Source of the DNA: Guillardia theta CCMP2712
Lineage: Eukaryota > Protista > Cryptophyta
Direction of reading: 5' to 3'
Assembly: GCF_000315625.1 (NCBI RefSeq)
Contig: NW_005434644.1
Location: 575,377-639,376 of the forward strand
Length of the DNA stretch: 64,000 bases
Part shown: positions 49,660 through 61,800 of the stretch, piece by piece
Position numbering within the stretch: the stretch's first letter is position 1
Layout: each line of letters starts with the position of its first letter
Made by a program: the position numbers and the translations under genes
The notes under the pieces: generated by a model
Database searches by the model: none
What the model saw: the letters and a program-made list of their open reading frames with translations, nothing else
What the model was told of the DNA's origin: nothing

Positions 49660-52150
49660 TTCGGATCAGTAAAGATGAATTCTCATTACATCCCTGCATT
49701 TGCAGTGTTTTGAAGTGACTGTACTTCAGCTGGAACGACCGTTCGCATGCTTTGGGGGTTGCTGCGCCTCCTGGAGTGACGACAGTCTGAAAAGAATATT
49801 GTTGATTTGAGTTTCCATTGAGCTGCATATGCTCTCTAATCTCTCTTCAAACGACGTGTCTGTTCCTCTCGTGTGTGCTTGCATATCTTGTCCATTTCTC
49901 TCGCTTTGATCAATGTTCATCGCATCAAAGTTGCTATACTTGAACACGATCACGGGCTTCGTTTCGAAGAAGCTGTCATCCAACAGCATTCTGTTCCCAC
50001 ATTCTGTACAATGTATCACAGCCCTTCCATGCGATGTCTCATCGGCCATATCAACATCGCCTTCCATATCTCCATTGCCTTCCATGTCAAACTCGAGTTC
50101 GGATACATGGTTGTTGCCTGAAGTCAGCTGTGCAGCGTCCTGCAGCACCTGTGACAAGATGGGATCGTCCAACCCGATAAAGGGAGCGTGGCTGGGACTT
50201 TCCATGTTTGCTGCACTAGGACTGCGATGATTTGACGAGGGAGAGCGCGAACGACCATGGTCCCACTTGGAGTCTTCCAGATGATCTTCTTGTTCAACAG
50301 GGTTATCTTTAGTCTCGTCTGACACAAGATTGTACTTGATATCCGGGAGAGCAATGTCTTGAAATGCCGCGGATTTCCCTCGCTCTCGTCCTCCCTCCAA
50401 CTTCCCAACCTTGCACTGACTTGGTCTTTCAGACTTCTTGTCGTCTGGAAAAATGCTCGTGTCCAAACTCTGGTCTTGAGGTATCAGGTACTGGTATTCA
50501 ACAGACCCAAAGAAATCCAGCGAGTTGGGGGAGGAAACTTCTTCTTGGTCGACAGTCCCGTCCAACAATTTTGCTCGTTCGCAGTCCAGGAGCAAAGGCT
50601 CTGCGACATCTACTTCGAAGAAACTGTCCGACGACCCTAAGGATCTTGACCTTGATTTCTCTGAGGAGATGTCCCCTTCCTCTTCACAGCTCAGCACTTC
50701 CTCTTCCGTTGAACTCTCGATTGCTCCCCTTGCTGGTGCTGCTCTTGCCGTTGACCCTTGTGTCGGCATGTCTTTAGCGTTGCTCTTGATGCAGCTGCCC
50801 TGCACTCGAATGGCGTTTGCCCTGGACGCCCGCACGTCTGACAGGTCTTTACCCTTCCATTCCACTCGCTTCACGATCCTGTCAAAATGAATTAGCACAG
50901 GGCATGAGCTAAGACGGGCGGTGCTGCCTACCTTGCAGAGAAAGGTCTTATCTTCTCCTTGTCCTTGTTCATCCTGAAGTTTTTGATGTCTTGCAAGGAA
51001 AGCTCCATCTTGTTATTTCGAGAGACGTCGGGGTTATTTGTCAATTCAACTTGTTCAAGGTTCACCACAGCAACTTTCTTCTGCTGTCCTTGAGGTTTGG
51101 TGGGCTGTGGGTGAGAATTCAGGCATGTCCGATAACTCACGCACTGATTTACCTGAGATTCTCTCACTGGACTTCGTGGACAAACCAAACTGCATCAAAA
51201 GGATTATACGATCTTACAGGAGAAGACTCTAATCTGTTTACCTTGCTGTCTCAGGATCATCTCTTCCAGCTTGATTATTGCTACCTTGCTCGCCACTTTT
51301 CACCTCAGACTTGCTGACATGGACACTGATCTGAGGTTGTATGGCCAGGGCATCAGCAGACGAGGGAGTTTGATCGCCTGACGACGATCCGACGAATCTG
51401 TTTGCTTTCGGATCTCCTGATTTTGTAGCCTCCGCATCAGTTTGCGGCATCTGCAGCAGCGTCTCAGAGCTGACTTGCGATGCCTGGAGGTCTCACCCGC
51501 GAGGTGCTCGACTGCGGTCTCCTGTGCCTCGCCGAGTTCAATCGGTTCCTTGGGCTTGGCTGTTGCAGTCTGACGGTGGGAGCTGACCATGAGATCTCAG
51601 TAAGCCATCGCCTTTCCCATCCCGCAGCTTATCCTTACCTCGAGCAATCAGATCACAAGCTCGCTTCCCACCGTTGGGCGTGCCCTCTCGCGCCTCTTTG
51701 ATTCTTGGCCCCAAAGTCAGAGATGGACGTGTAGGATTGCAAGCATATTCACCTGGGGAAGTAGAGCGATTCTCTGTTGATCTGAAGCTCGTCGTCTCCT
51801 TCGCCATATCGTATCGTCAACTGAAGCTTCTCGTCTTGCTGCCCAACTGGGTCCCCCGTCAAGCAGAAGGACGGCATCGGAGCTCGCACAACTGTGAAAT
51901 TCCTGTTCGAGTGCGACATGGCAGCGATAGAATCTTTTGTATCAGCAAGTCAAGGTCTCAGGAAATACAGTTGTTGCCCTTCCAACGAACAACCGCTCGT
52001 ACAGACAAGTATCTGTGAGCCTTAACCGACATCTACAGGACAAGCGTCAATGTTCAGAAAAATCAAACTCTGTTCATCATTGGTTCGTGAACCAAGGACA
52101 AATGCAACAGCGCTATCAAGGTAAACTCATATCCTTGAGTCAGAGAATGT
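49660..52150 (-). CDS. Hypothetical Ser/Glu-rich low-complexity protein (ends approximate)
   Basis: 390-aa ORF 49726-50898 plus upstream exon-like ORFs; no recognisable domain. Confidence 0.5.
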
Positions 52151-53020
52151 GATAAGCATCAGTAAGTGTAGCAGGGAGATGAAGAGCAACGGCAGAGACG
52201 GAGCGCGCGCTCGATTGTGAGGAACTTGAATGAAGTGGAGATGAATATCAGCTACATCATGGCTGGTTCTTGGGTTCGTGATAGGAGAGAAGACAACAAG
52301 ACTCGAGCTGTGAAGGAGGCAGCATCTTTGTTCTTGCATCAACCTCTGACCTCCCATGATCTGCTCTTGCCCCACCATCGGACTCGGAGCCGGGACAAGG
52401 GGCCTACGCCTCGAACAAGAGTACGAGAAGGAAAAGTCTGCCTCGTTTGTTTGATAGGCCGATAAGTTTGGTTCTCGTCTTCTTCTCTTATTATTCTGCT
52501 GCTGCCGCAGAAAATCCCATCATGAGTCATTTATTTTACTCAAATTCATGTGACTCAACTCAGTGACTGTGTCCGGCCGCCCGGGGGGGCCGGCTCAGTA
52601 CCGGCATGCAGAATCCCGGAGTCTGATAATCTGGGACTCGCCGGATTAGCGGCGGGCCCGCCGCCGGCCTGGGAAGCCGCTGGCTCAGCGGGCCCCGGGG
52701 CGCGCCGCGCCACTGCGGGCGGCGGCCGGCCACTGCAGTGCCATCAATGTTTGTTTCAGGCTCAAAGTTAAGTGAAAACTTTCATCAGTACTACGGTACG
52801 GCGAGGACAAGCCGCTGAGCCTGGTGAGTCATTCCGGCGGACGCCGGAGTCCCGGGCCCGCCGAGCGGACGCGCGGGGCACCGTGATCGGACTGTGACTC
52901 TGCTGGGCCGCACTAGGGCAGGGCCGGGCACGGCTGCTACCGCCGAACTTCAAGTGAAAAGACCCCCGCGGCCCTACTAGGCTAGACTCTCCGGGACAGC
53001 ACACTCAGTGCCCAGTCAAG

Positions 53021-54863
53021 TCACGGACTCCCGGCGTTGTCACAGTAAAGAGGTGGATAGCCTGAGGAAGCAAACAACCAAGTTACTGCAGTGCGAGTGA
53101 TGATTCATTATGGTTTCGACAGGTTCGAAAGGTGCCGCGCAGCAACAGCAGCAATGTACCTCTTGCAAGTGACGTCGATGTTTCCTATTCTGACAGATCG
53201 TAAAACAATCATCAAATCATGTCTTGCCCTCTACCTGGCACAGAATGCCTTGAGAAATTCATTGGCGTTGAAACCTGAGATCTTGATCCACGCAGGGGGC
53301 ATTATCGTCGGCGTGTTTCCCCTTGTTCTCCACTTCGCCAGCGCGTCCAACAGACTAACACAACGATCAGGTGCGGCTTCAGCCCCTTCTACACAACCTC
53401 CCAAAGTCAAACAAGAAGAGGTTCTCCAGATTTCGCAAGCGATACTGAAGAGCCGAAGTAGAGACACCCAGGGCAAGTACGACGGTCCTGAACGTTGACG
53501 ATTCTCCACTTTACGTTGTAAAGGCGTTCAGTTGCTTGACGGCAAGGCTTGAAGGCAGCGTCACCTTGCGAGCACATCTCTAGCTTCGCGCTCGATCGAG
53601 TCGATGGAGGAGTAAGCGTTGCTCGAAGGCACTTTGACATGCACGCACTCCAAGCATGTCATGCTCAAGACACGTGGAGGTGCAACGAACCTGAGGGCCG
53701 AAAAGAATATCCAAGAGATCGACGTCGATATGCTCATTCCCGATGAACAACGAGGGCTTCGACGCTCGGAGACTGCAACTTGTCAATTGCTGGCAGTATT
53801 CATGGATCGATATTTACGTCTCAAGGAAGTCCAAGGCGATGCTCTCGTAGGTTGAAGCTGCATGTGCAAGAGCGCAATTTGAGTAGACAGCCCTGAGGGC
53901 ACGTCACGACTAGAAGCCTGGCTTGACCAATGAGTTCCTGATCGGAAGAGGCCTCCAGAATGGATATGCCATCTCCACCATGGCAAGAGAGTCTTTGCTC
54001 GAAACTTCATGGTTCCCTGCCATTGCTTCAGTCCGCAAACAAATCATGTCCTTCTGCTGACCAGGTGCCATTTGTGCTTCAAGGCAGTCAAAGAAATGAC
54101 TTGTGATCATGAGAGCTTTAAACACATGCTCACCCTTCCATGCGTACATTACCGGCTTGCAGTTAAAATGATCAGCGAGCCGAATGTCACCTGCATACCC
54201 AACGCCGCTTGGATCTCTCGGCTCAAGTTCTTGTCTGGCGTCTGCATCTCATCGGTCCCATGGTACGCTGCGCTGATGTCGCCATCACCGAAGCGCAGGT
54301 AAGCTCCACCCTAGTGGTCAAGGCATCAGAAACCTTCCATCGCTGTGGGACATCTCGAACTTTTTTGTTAGCGATCGCTTCTTGGATGCTCTCCAGCGTT
54401 CGATGAGTTCCCAGGCAAACCACGTGCTCGGCATATCGCGGAAGCCCGACGGTGAACCTGCTGCTGTTCGCTTGCAGCAAGGTTCCTTCAGAAAGGATGG
54501 ATGCAGTCAATCTCCAATCCTGTCCAGCTCAGTCAGCTTTCTTCTTCGCAAATTTGTTGATTTTCGTACGTCAGGTTCAAAAAAACTTGTCATGCTGAAG
54601 TTGTCGGATGCAGTGATAAGGACTTGGCGGTTCAATTTGCTGCCTGTTGTCAAGGATTCGATCTGGATGCTCAGGATAAAGGTGAGAGGAGGTCGGATGA
54701 ATTGAAATCTGAACTCAACAGAGTTGGTGTTGTCAGCCTTGAGCGGAAGCGATATGACAATGAGTGGCCGCATGTCATCATCACAGACTCGGTTGTTCTC
54801 AGTTTGACCATCAACAAGACTGACTATGGCGAGAAGCAAAATGAATGATATTCTGCTCATCAT
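53021..54863 (-). CDS. Secreted GT-D-fold (DUF1792-like) glycosyltransferase
   Basis: Signal peptide MMSRISFILLLAIVSLVDG. Spliced motifs: TLESIQEAIANKK-GGAYLRFGDGD...EMQTPDKNLSREIQAAL, LFIGNEH, HVKVPSSNAYSSIDSI and VVLALGVSTSALQYRL...LFDFGSLLDAL...TR. Confidence 0.7.
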
Positions 54864-55099
54864 GATTTCCCTCCTGATCTCAGAAGGTAAGAACCACTGT
54901 CGGGTATGGCAGTGAAGCGACGATGGCCGAGCCTGGCATTAACTAGGGCACAATGGCCGGGAGGAAACGGATCGATCCACCAGGACCTTCACATCGGCAG
55001 GCTGGGAAGTACAAGGAAGAGGAGAGCACAACTCGACAGAGAAGAGAGAAGGGGGGGGTGGGAGGGGTCGGAAGGGAGGAGGGAGGGAGGAAGGAGAGT

Positions 55100-56692
55100 A
55101 TGATCGAGCAGCTGGTCGGGGTTTGTCGGGCAGACATCGCGTTACGACGGTTACGCTTGATTCAGTTGGTTACAATTTCCGTTATTAAATCCCGAAGCTC
55201 GTATGACTACGATTGTCACGCTGGTGAGCCGCCGTGATCGCCTTGGGAGGCGACGCTGGCAGGGGATGCTGGGGAACCAGGCAGCGAACAGAAGGGAGGA
55301 GGAGGAGGAGGAGCAGGAGGAGCAGGAGGAGCAGGAGGAGCAGGAGGAGCAGGAGGAGGAGACGGTAGACAAGGAGGATCAGGGTAACAGCAACGTCTTT
55401 CAAACTCTTGCCGATGGCCTTTCAGCTACATGGAACAACGTTTTCAGCGAGTCTTCGGTCAAGGCAGCGGCGGAGGAGCCAGCAGGTGTCGGGATTGCAT
55501 TTTCGACGACTTCGATCCCTGATGGAGACGGAGTGGAAGCGTCTCGACTCGTCGTGGTCGGGTTAGAAGAAGGAGGCGTCGCTTTCGGAACAAGCAAGAT
55601 CGAGGTAGGACTTCACCTGCTTGTTCAACTTTCCACATGTGGCTGTGGCTGACTTGTGTGCAGATGGGTGACGTCCTTTTGAAGATAGGAAAGACGGAAG
55701 TGCACGACTGCCCCCCTCATGTCCTCGCAAGAATGCTCCTCGGGAAGCCAGGATCTGTCGTCTCCCTTGTTCTCCACCGCGTCTTGTACTGTCCCGCTCT
55801 CCAGCACCCGCTGGGTCAGAGCTGGACTCGGCCTATTACAGGCTATGTCAAGGGAGCCGTGCACAACAGGAAGGGAGCGAGTCGAGGGAGGCTCATGGCG
55901 ATGTATCCCAGCCATTCCCTGCCGGAGCCGCTAGAGGATGAGTTGGAAGACGAAGATTCGTTCAGTGATGCTGCGACCTCGCAGAAGCTGTGGCCGATGG
56001 GACTGAGCACCGAGGAGGTGAAGCAGATACGAGGAGCCGAGGAGGAGGAGGCCGTCGCTCCGACTGGACGCTACGTCTTCGCCTACAAGGTCAAGCTTGC
56101 TAGACGGCATCCGAGCAACGACTTCCTTGACGGCCAATCGCTCCAGAAGGTTCTGATAGCGGAGTTGCAGGCGTGCAAGAGGCTGGGGATGATCGAAGGG
56201 CCGGTTGTGCAGAGCAAAGTCAAGGAGTACTACAAGGGCGGATGGTGTCTTGTGTACTCAGGCCGGCACAACGAGCGGTTCAATGTCGTTGAAGCCCTCC
56301 TTGACCATCTGGCATTCGACGAGAAGAGCGCCAGGAAACGAACATACATTCCTACGTATCTCCTTAGTAACAAGGTCAGCCTCGCCTTCTTGGATGACAT
56401 GAACGGGAGCGCTCGGGAATATTCGCGTTATAACAAGGGGATGAAGGTACGAAGGGTCAGAACCAATGACTCGAGCTTCATGGAGGTTGTGCTGGAGAAT
56501 TCCGAGCACTTCTACAAGATACGGTCATGTCAGACGTTGATCGGAGCGATCAAGGAGGAGATGAACTCGTGGTATGAGGTGATCCGGGCAGGCATCGAGC
56601 TCTGTTTCGACGAGAATAGACCTAGCTTTATGCAGGCTCGTTTTGAAGCGATGGAACGAGCGCGAAACACTAAACGACTCAGTATCTTTTGA
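55100..56692 (+). CDS. Hypothetical protein with PDZ-like domain
   Basis: AGVGIAF...LVVVGLEEGGVA...GDVLLKIGK...LLGKPGSVVSL, within a 351-aa terminal ORF. Confidence 0.6.
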
Positions 56693-58079
56693 ATGAATCC
56701 TTCTCAAACTTCCAGCGCAACTTCCAGCTCCGCATACGCGTTTCCTGCGACTCATCGTCAGTTGAACGAGAAAACGGAACCAGCGAGTCTCACGCTGCTT
56801 GTCCTGGATTGCCTCGAGCTTCATGAGAAGCTGAGAAAGGCATAGGTCAACTCCACTTGTTGATCAAAGAAAATCGACCTGCTTCTCCTCTAGTTCTAGC
56901 TTTGCTATCTCCTTTTTCCTCTCCGCGCATAATTGATCTTCGTAAGCCACCCGATTCAGGTACGACTGTAACGGCTGTCATGCTGGAATGAGGGCAATGG
57001 TATGCAATCTCACATTGCTCGTCCTTATTTGATTTTGTTGCTTCAGTCGATATCTCATATGCATCGCGAGCTTCTCCCGCGCGTAGGTCTCATACTTGAG
57101 CTTCGCGGCTCGCTCTTCCTCCGCCAATCTTGCCCTCCATGCCTGCATGAGGTCAAGGGATGCTCACAAGGGGGACTACAAGAACCTCCTGCGCGATCGT
57201 TTGCTTCTCTTTCCTGAATTGTTGTACCATACGTCGTTTGCTCATGACCAGGTCTTGCCTTGCGCTCTACACTAAATCGTGAGCTTCCATCAAGACTTCG
57301 CCAGCATTTCTCACCTGGATCGAGGCTTTCCTCTGGGCTCGAAATAGTAGTTTCTGCTGTCTCTCGCGCTCCAGCTGCTGCTCCTCCTGTATCCTTTGCA
57401 GCTCTTTCTCCCTCGCGCGCATCTCATTCTGAGCTTTCAGCTTCACTATTTCTTCAGCCTGCAGCAGAAACACATTCATCGACTGCAATCTTTGACCAAA
57501 CCTTGATACCCTATGTTTCGTTTCTATCATGTTGTGACTCGCCCTAGTGAAGGATCAATCCACGCATTGCAAGAATGATGGGTCACCTCTGCGCTTCAAT
57601 CTGCAGACGGCGGATCCGATTTTGCAAGGTATGATAGTCCTCCTCTGCTTGCTTTCGCGATATCTTGGCTTGCAACAGTCGTCTTGGCTGCTTGCAAGAA
57701 ATCATCCAAACAGGGCAAAGGGGAGGAAGACTCCCACCTCACTCGAAGACGTTGAGTAAATGGAGGAAACGTTGGAGATGTTAGAGGATACGGAGCGACT
57801 GGACTGCGGTCTACCCATCACCCTAGAGGAAGGAGTTGCGGTACTCGGCCGAATCAAGTCCGTCATCTTGGTCATGTACGGCCATCCTGGCTCTTTCTGC
57901 TTGACAACCTTCCTCGATGAAAGTCTCTTCGAGCTCTGCTCCGATCGTGGAGTGCTGGCGTCAACAAACAGCATGTCATAGTGCTCATCTGGTCCACGCT
58001 TGGAGTAGTGCTCATAAGTATCAGTCGCCTCTGAGTTCGAGTCAATCAAGGCTAGCATCTCGACACCCTCTGCCGCCAT
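56690..58079 (-). CDS. Hypothetical coiled-coil protein (3' end approximate)
   Basis: ORF 57702-58079 plus E/K/R/Q-rich exons such as AEEIVKLKAQNEMRAREKELQRIQEEQQLERERQQK. Confidence 0.55.
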
Positions 58080-58815
58080 TCTGCTATTTCAGCTCTTTGA
58101 GTCTTGGGCTGATTCACGATACTTCCATTGTTAGCTGCAGGAACGATGTCAAGTCAAGTCCCAGGGCAACTAAAAGAAACTCTAGATGTGCAAATCCAAC
58201 TCCATTCCGTTGTTACTGCTGCCTCAGGCTAAACTCCTTCCCCCTCCCCCCCCCCCCCCCCCCCCCCCGGCGGTGTCTTTGGCTTCCTGACCTTCACTAT
58301 CTCAACTTTTGCCTGTTTGATTTGACTTTGATATATCTCTCTGTCATCTCTTCATTTTCTCCCTTTCGTCTCCCATCCCCTCGCCTCTCTTTTTCTCGCT
58401 TCCCCCCCTCAGTTGCTCGATCAGTTTAGCTTCTGTTCTTTGCTTGCCGCTCATACATCTTCCTCTCGGTATCTCCATTCTCCTCGGCGTGTTTGGTTCC
58501 CTTCTTTCACACTTCTCATCCCCTGCCTCCTGTCGCAATATTCTCCCTCCTCTCGTTCTCCCCTCCATGCTCTCGCATCGTATTCCGTTTTCCGTTTGTT
58601 TTGACCATCTGCCCCTACCCCCCTTAATTCACTACCCACCCTACATCTTCAAGTAAAACAACAGACAGAACACCCCTGCTGGTAGGCACTGAAGTTTCTA
58701 GGTGCCTAGTGTGATAGGTGGGGTACTCGCTTGGAATGGCTGGCCTGCTCTCTCAAAAGAGCAGATTTTCAAAAAAGATTTCAAAAGTTGACTGGCGGGA
58801 CATGGCAGCCATGGC

Positions 58816-61800
58816 GCATGGGAATGGAGGCCAGCGGCAAGAGCAGGAGGAGGCAGAGGAGGCAGAGGATGCAGAGACTGATAGAGAGGAAGAACAGGTA
58901 TGTCGGGCTTCTGCTTCACCCCATTGCTGTGTCTGAGGCATGCCCACAGGATCCAGCGGAAGCCCCTTTTAGGGCAAAGATCCGTACGGAGCAGAAGGAC
59001 TTGGAGAGGCTGCAGAAGCAGTTGAGCGAGGTGAAGGATCGAAATGCATACAGCCTCGCGGAGTTGAAGAAGAAGAGGAGGATGGAAGAAACTCTGAAGG
59101 CTGAGATAGAGGAACAGCTGGTAAGGCTCCGGAAAGCAAAGGAAGGACTCTTTGTATTTCAAAGCTGGAAGAGTTATCGGCCAGAGGAAACTGTCGCCCG
59201 AGTCCAAATTTCTGCAGGAAAATCGAAAACTGAGAGACGGCGGGAGGAAGTAGGGGAGATGAACAAGAGAAAGAAGGAGGAAGATAGGACTAAAGTTGTA
59301 CGAGATGTCTTCGACGAAGATGTCAAAATCACCTCAAAGGGGCAAAACCTTAACAGGCATGAGGTCAAAACTCTCCAATCAAAGATATCCACGTCTCGAT
59401 TTGACCCAGAAATATTTGAAGACTTTATCTACATCAGAGCTTTGGTCTGCCCTGTTTGCCCTGCTGGTAGTCTTGATCTGACAAGAGGCAGGTCAATTTG
59501 CGCGGAAAAGAGGTTCTAATTCCCATCTACAAGGAGGACATTCGATTTCCCCACTTGGCATTGGACAGGTTCCTTCAGAATGAAGGGTATTGGCTGAACA
59601 AGGAAGACTACAACCTAATTCTCCAAGAAGTGAAAGGACAGATGCTAGCAAAGGAGGAGGAGGATCGAAAAGCGCAGATGGCTCGCAAGTTTGTGCCATG
59701 GCCGGACCCTGCAAGGTACCCAGCAAGAGTGATGTACTGCCTTGATCTCAACAACCCGGTCCGCCTGTTTCTCATCGCCACAACTGAGTGGATTTGGTGG
59801 CCGAGGTTGGTGCTACTGTGCATCTTGCTGAACAGCCTGATGTTGGCGATGGATGACCCTGTGGAGAAACCTCCTCTGCCCGTCTCCCTGAGGGTGAGCG
59901 CAGTCTGCTCCATCTGCCTTCTTTGTGCGTTGTGATGCTTCGAAATGGCAGGGATTCATTCTCAACTCAGCGTCATACGCGTTCACGGTCATCTTCTCTC
60001 TTGAGATTCTCTTCCGCATCGTGGCGAGTGGGCTGTGGGGTCACCCCAACAGCATTGGAAGCGACGGTTGGAACTTTCTAGACATCGCAGTGGTGGCTAT
60101 CGGCTGGTTGGAGATTCTGCCGTTCTTCAGTGGAGGGCTGCAGCTGTCTGCCCTCAGGTGCTCATGTAGAAAACTTCATGGTTGGCTTTATTGACGTTGG
60201 TTTGCTCCTCAGATCCTTGAGGATTCTTCGTCCTTTGAGGTCTGCCGACGGCATTTTGGCCTGTCTGCCCTCCTGATGTGTTTTTCAGGGCCATCTCAAG
60301 GTTCCAGTCGATGCGAGTGACGCTGATCGTGCTCGCTCAGACCTGGAAGCCTCTCGCCGTCTCATTCACCGTCTGCATCATCATGTGCATCAACATCGGC
60401 ATCCTCAACGTCTGCCTCTTCCAAGGCCGGCTCAAGAGCAGGTGCTTCGACCTCGACACCGGCCTGCTGGTGCAGAGCAAAGTTCGCTCCTGTGACCTTG
60501 GCAGATCGATGCCGCGGTCCATCGCAGCAGGGACGTACGCTTGCGGGGTTGGCGAGCAGTGCCTGCCCGTGGGACGGATGTTCGACCCTCTGGCTGACTC
60601 GTTGAACTTCGACGACACGCTTTCTGCCTCACTCAAGATGTTCCAGATCTTCACGCTGGACAGTTGGGCAGACATTATGTACGCGACCATGGACAGCTGC
60701 TCTTTCGTCTCGTTCTCCATCTTCATCATCTTCGTCATGATCGGGCCGACCCTGGCGACCAACCTGTTCTTGGCCGTGATCACCCAAAGGCTCAAACTCG
60801 TCTCCAACGACCAGTACGTGGCCACAGTCTTCAAGGTAGAGAAGAGGATCCGCAACCCGCTCTTGTCCAAGGCCTTCTACAAGTGGTTCGCCCACTACAG
60901 GGCGACGGAGGAAGGGAACGAGGTGATTATGATGCAGAAGATCGACAAGAGGAGGCTGGGGGAAGTCAGGTCGGTCCTGGTCCGCCTTGGGTGCAGGAAC
61001 GGGCTGATGGAGGGGATCAACTTCGGCAGGGCCTTCAACACGTGGAAAGAGGTGTACCTGGTGCTCAAGGAGATGGAGAAGGAGGAGCTGCGGCTGGGAG
61101 TCGAGAAGGGAGAGGGGAGAAAGAACATCCTTGCGTTCCTTGTGGACAACTTCAGCCTGCTGAGGTATCGCATCAAGAATCTGATGAGAGAGCTGGTGTT
61201 CTCCTCCTCCCTCGAGAAGTTCATCGGCGCTGTTGTCCTCATCAGTACACTCACGCAGGCACTCGAGCATCACCCGGACAGCGTGCCAGGCAAGGCCTGG
61301 GTGAGTCCCCGCGGCTACCTGAGGTTCCATGCCGCCCTCAACGTGCTGAGCTTCGTCTTCACGGCTGTCTTCGTCCTCGAGCTCGTGCTCAAGGTCCTCG
61401 TGTACGGCATCGTCGGGTACATCAACAAAAGCCAAAACATCATCGACTTTGCCGGTATGATCGAACCTCTTTCAAGAGTTACTAACAGAACGATCTCCTC
61501 CTCCTCCTCCTCCTCCTCCTTCTGCCCCTCTTCCCCCTAAACTTCCGCCTCTCATCCTCCCACCTTTGCAGTGGTTGTCGTCTCCCTGATAGAGCTTGAG
61601 GTTCATCCCCTCCTTCCTCCTCCAGCAGCTCTGACCCTTCTTTCAGACCACCATCGCCTCTCTGCGCTGCCAACTGACAGCAGACAACAAGTACGCCTGC
61701 CTCGAGTACGGAGGAGGAGGAGCTTCCGTCCTCCGGACCGCCAGGCTAGTCCGCCTGGCCAAGTTGATGGGGAAGTTTCCGGTGCTGCAGATGCAGATCA

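Noticed and set aside
53091-54302. Plus-strand ORFs as a separate gene
   Set aside because: They are antisense shadows of the GT-D-like exons, which carry ordered motifs and splice sites.
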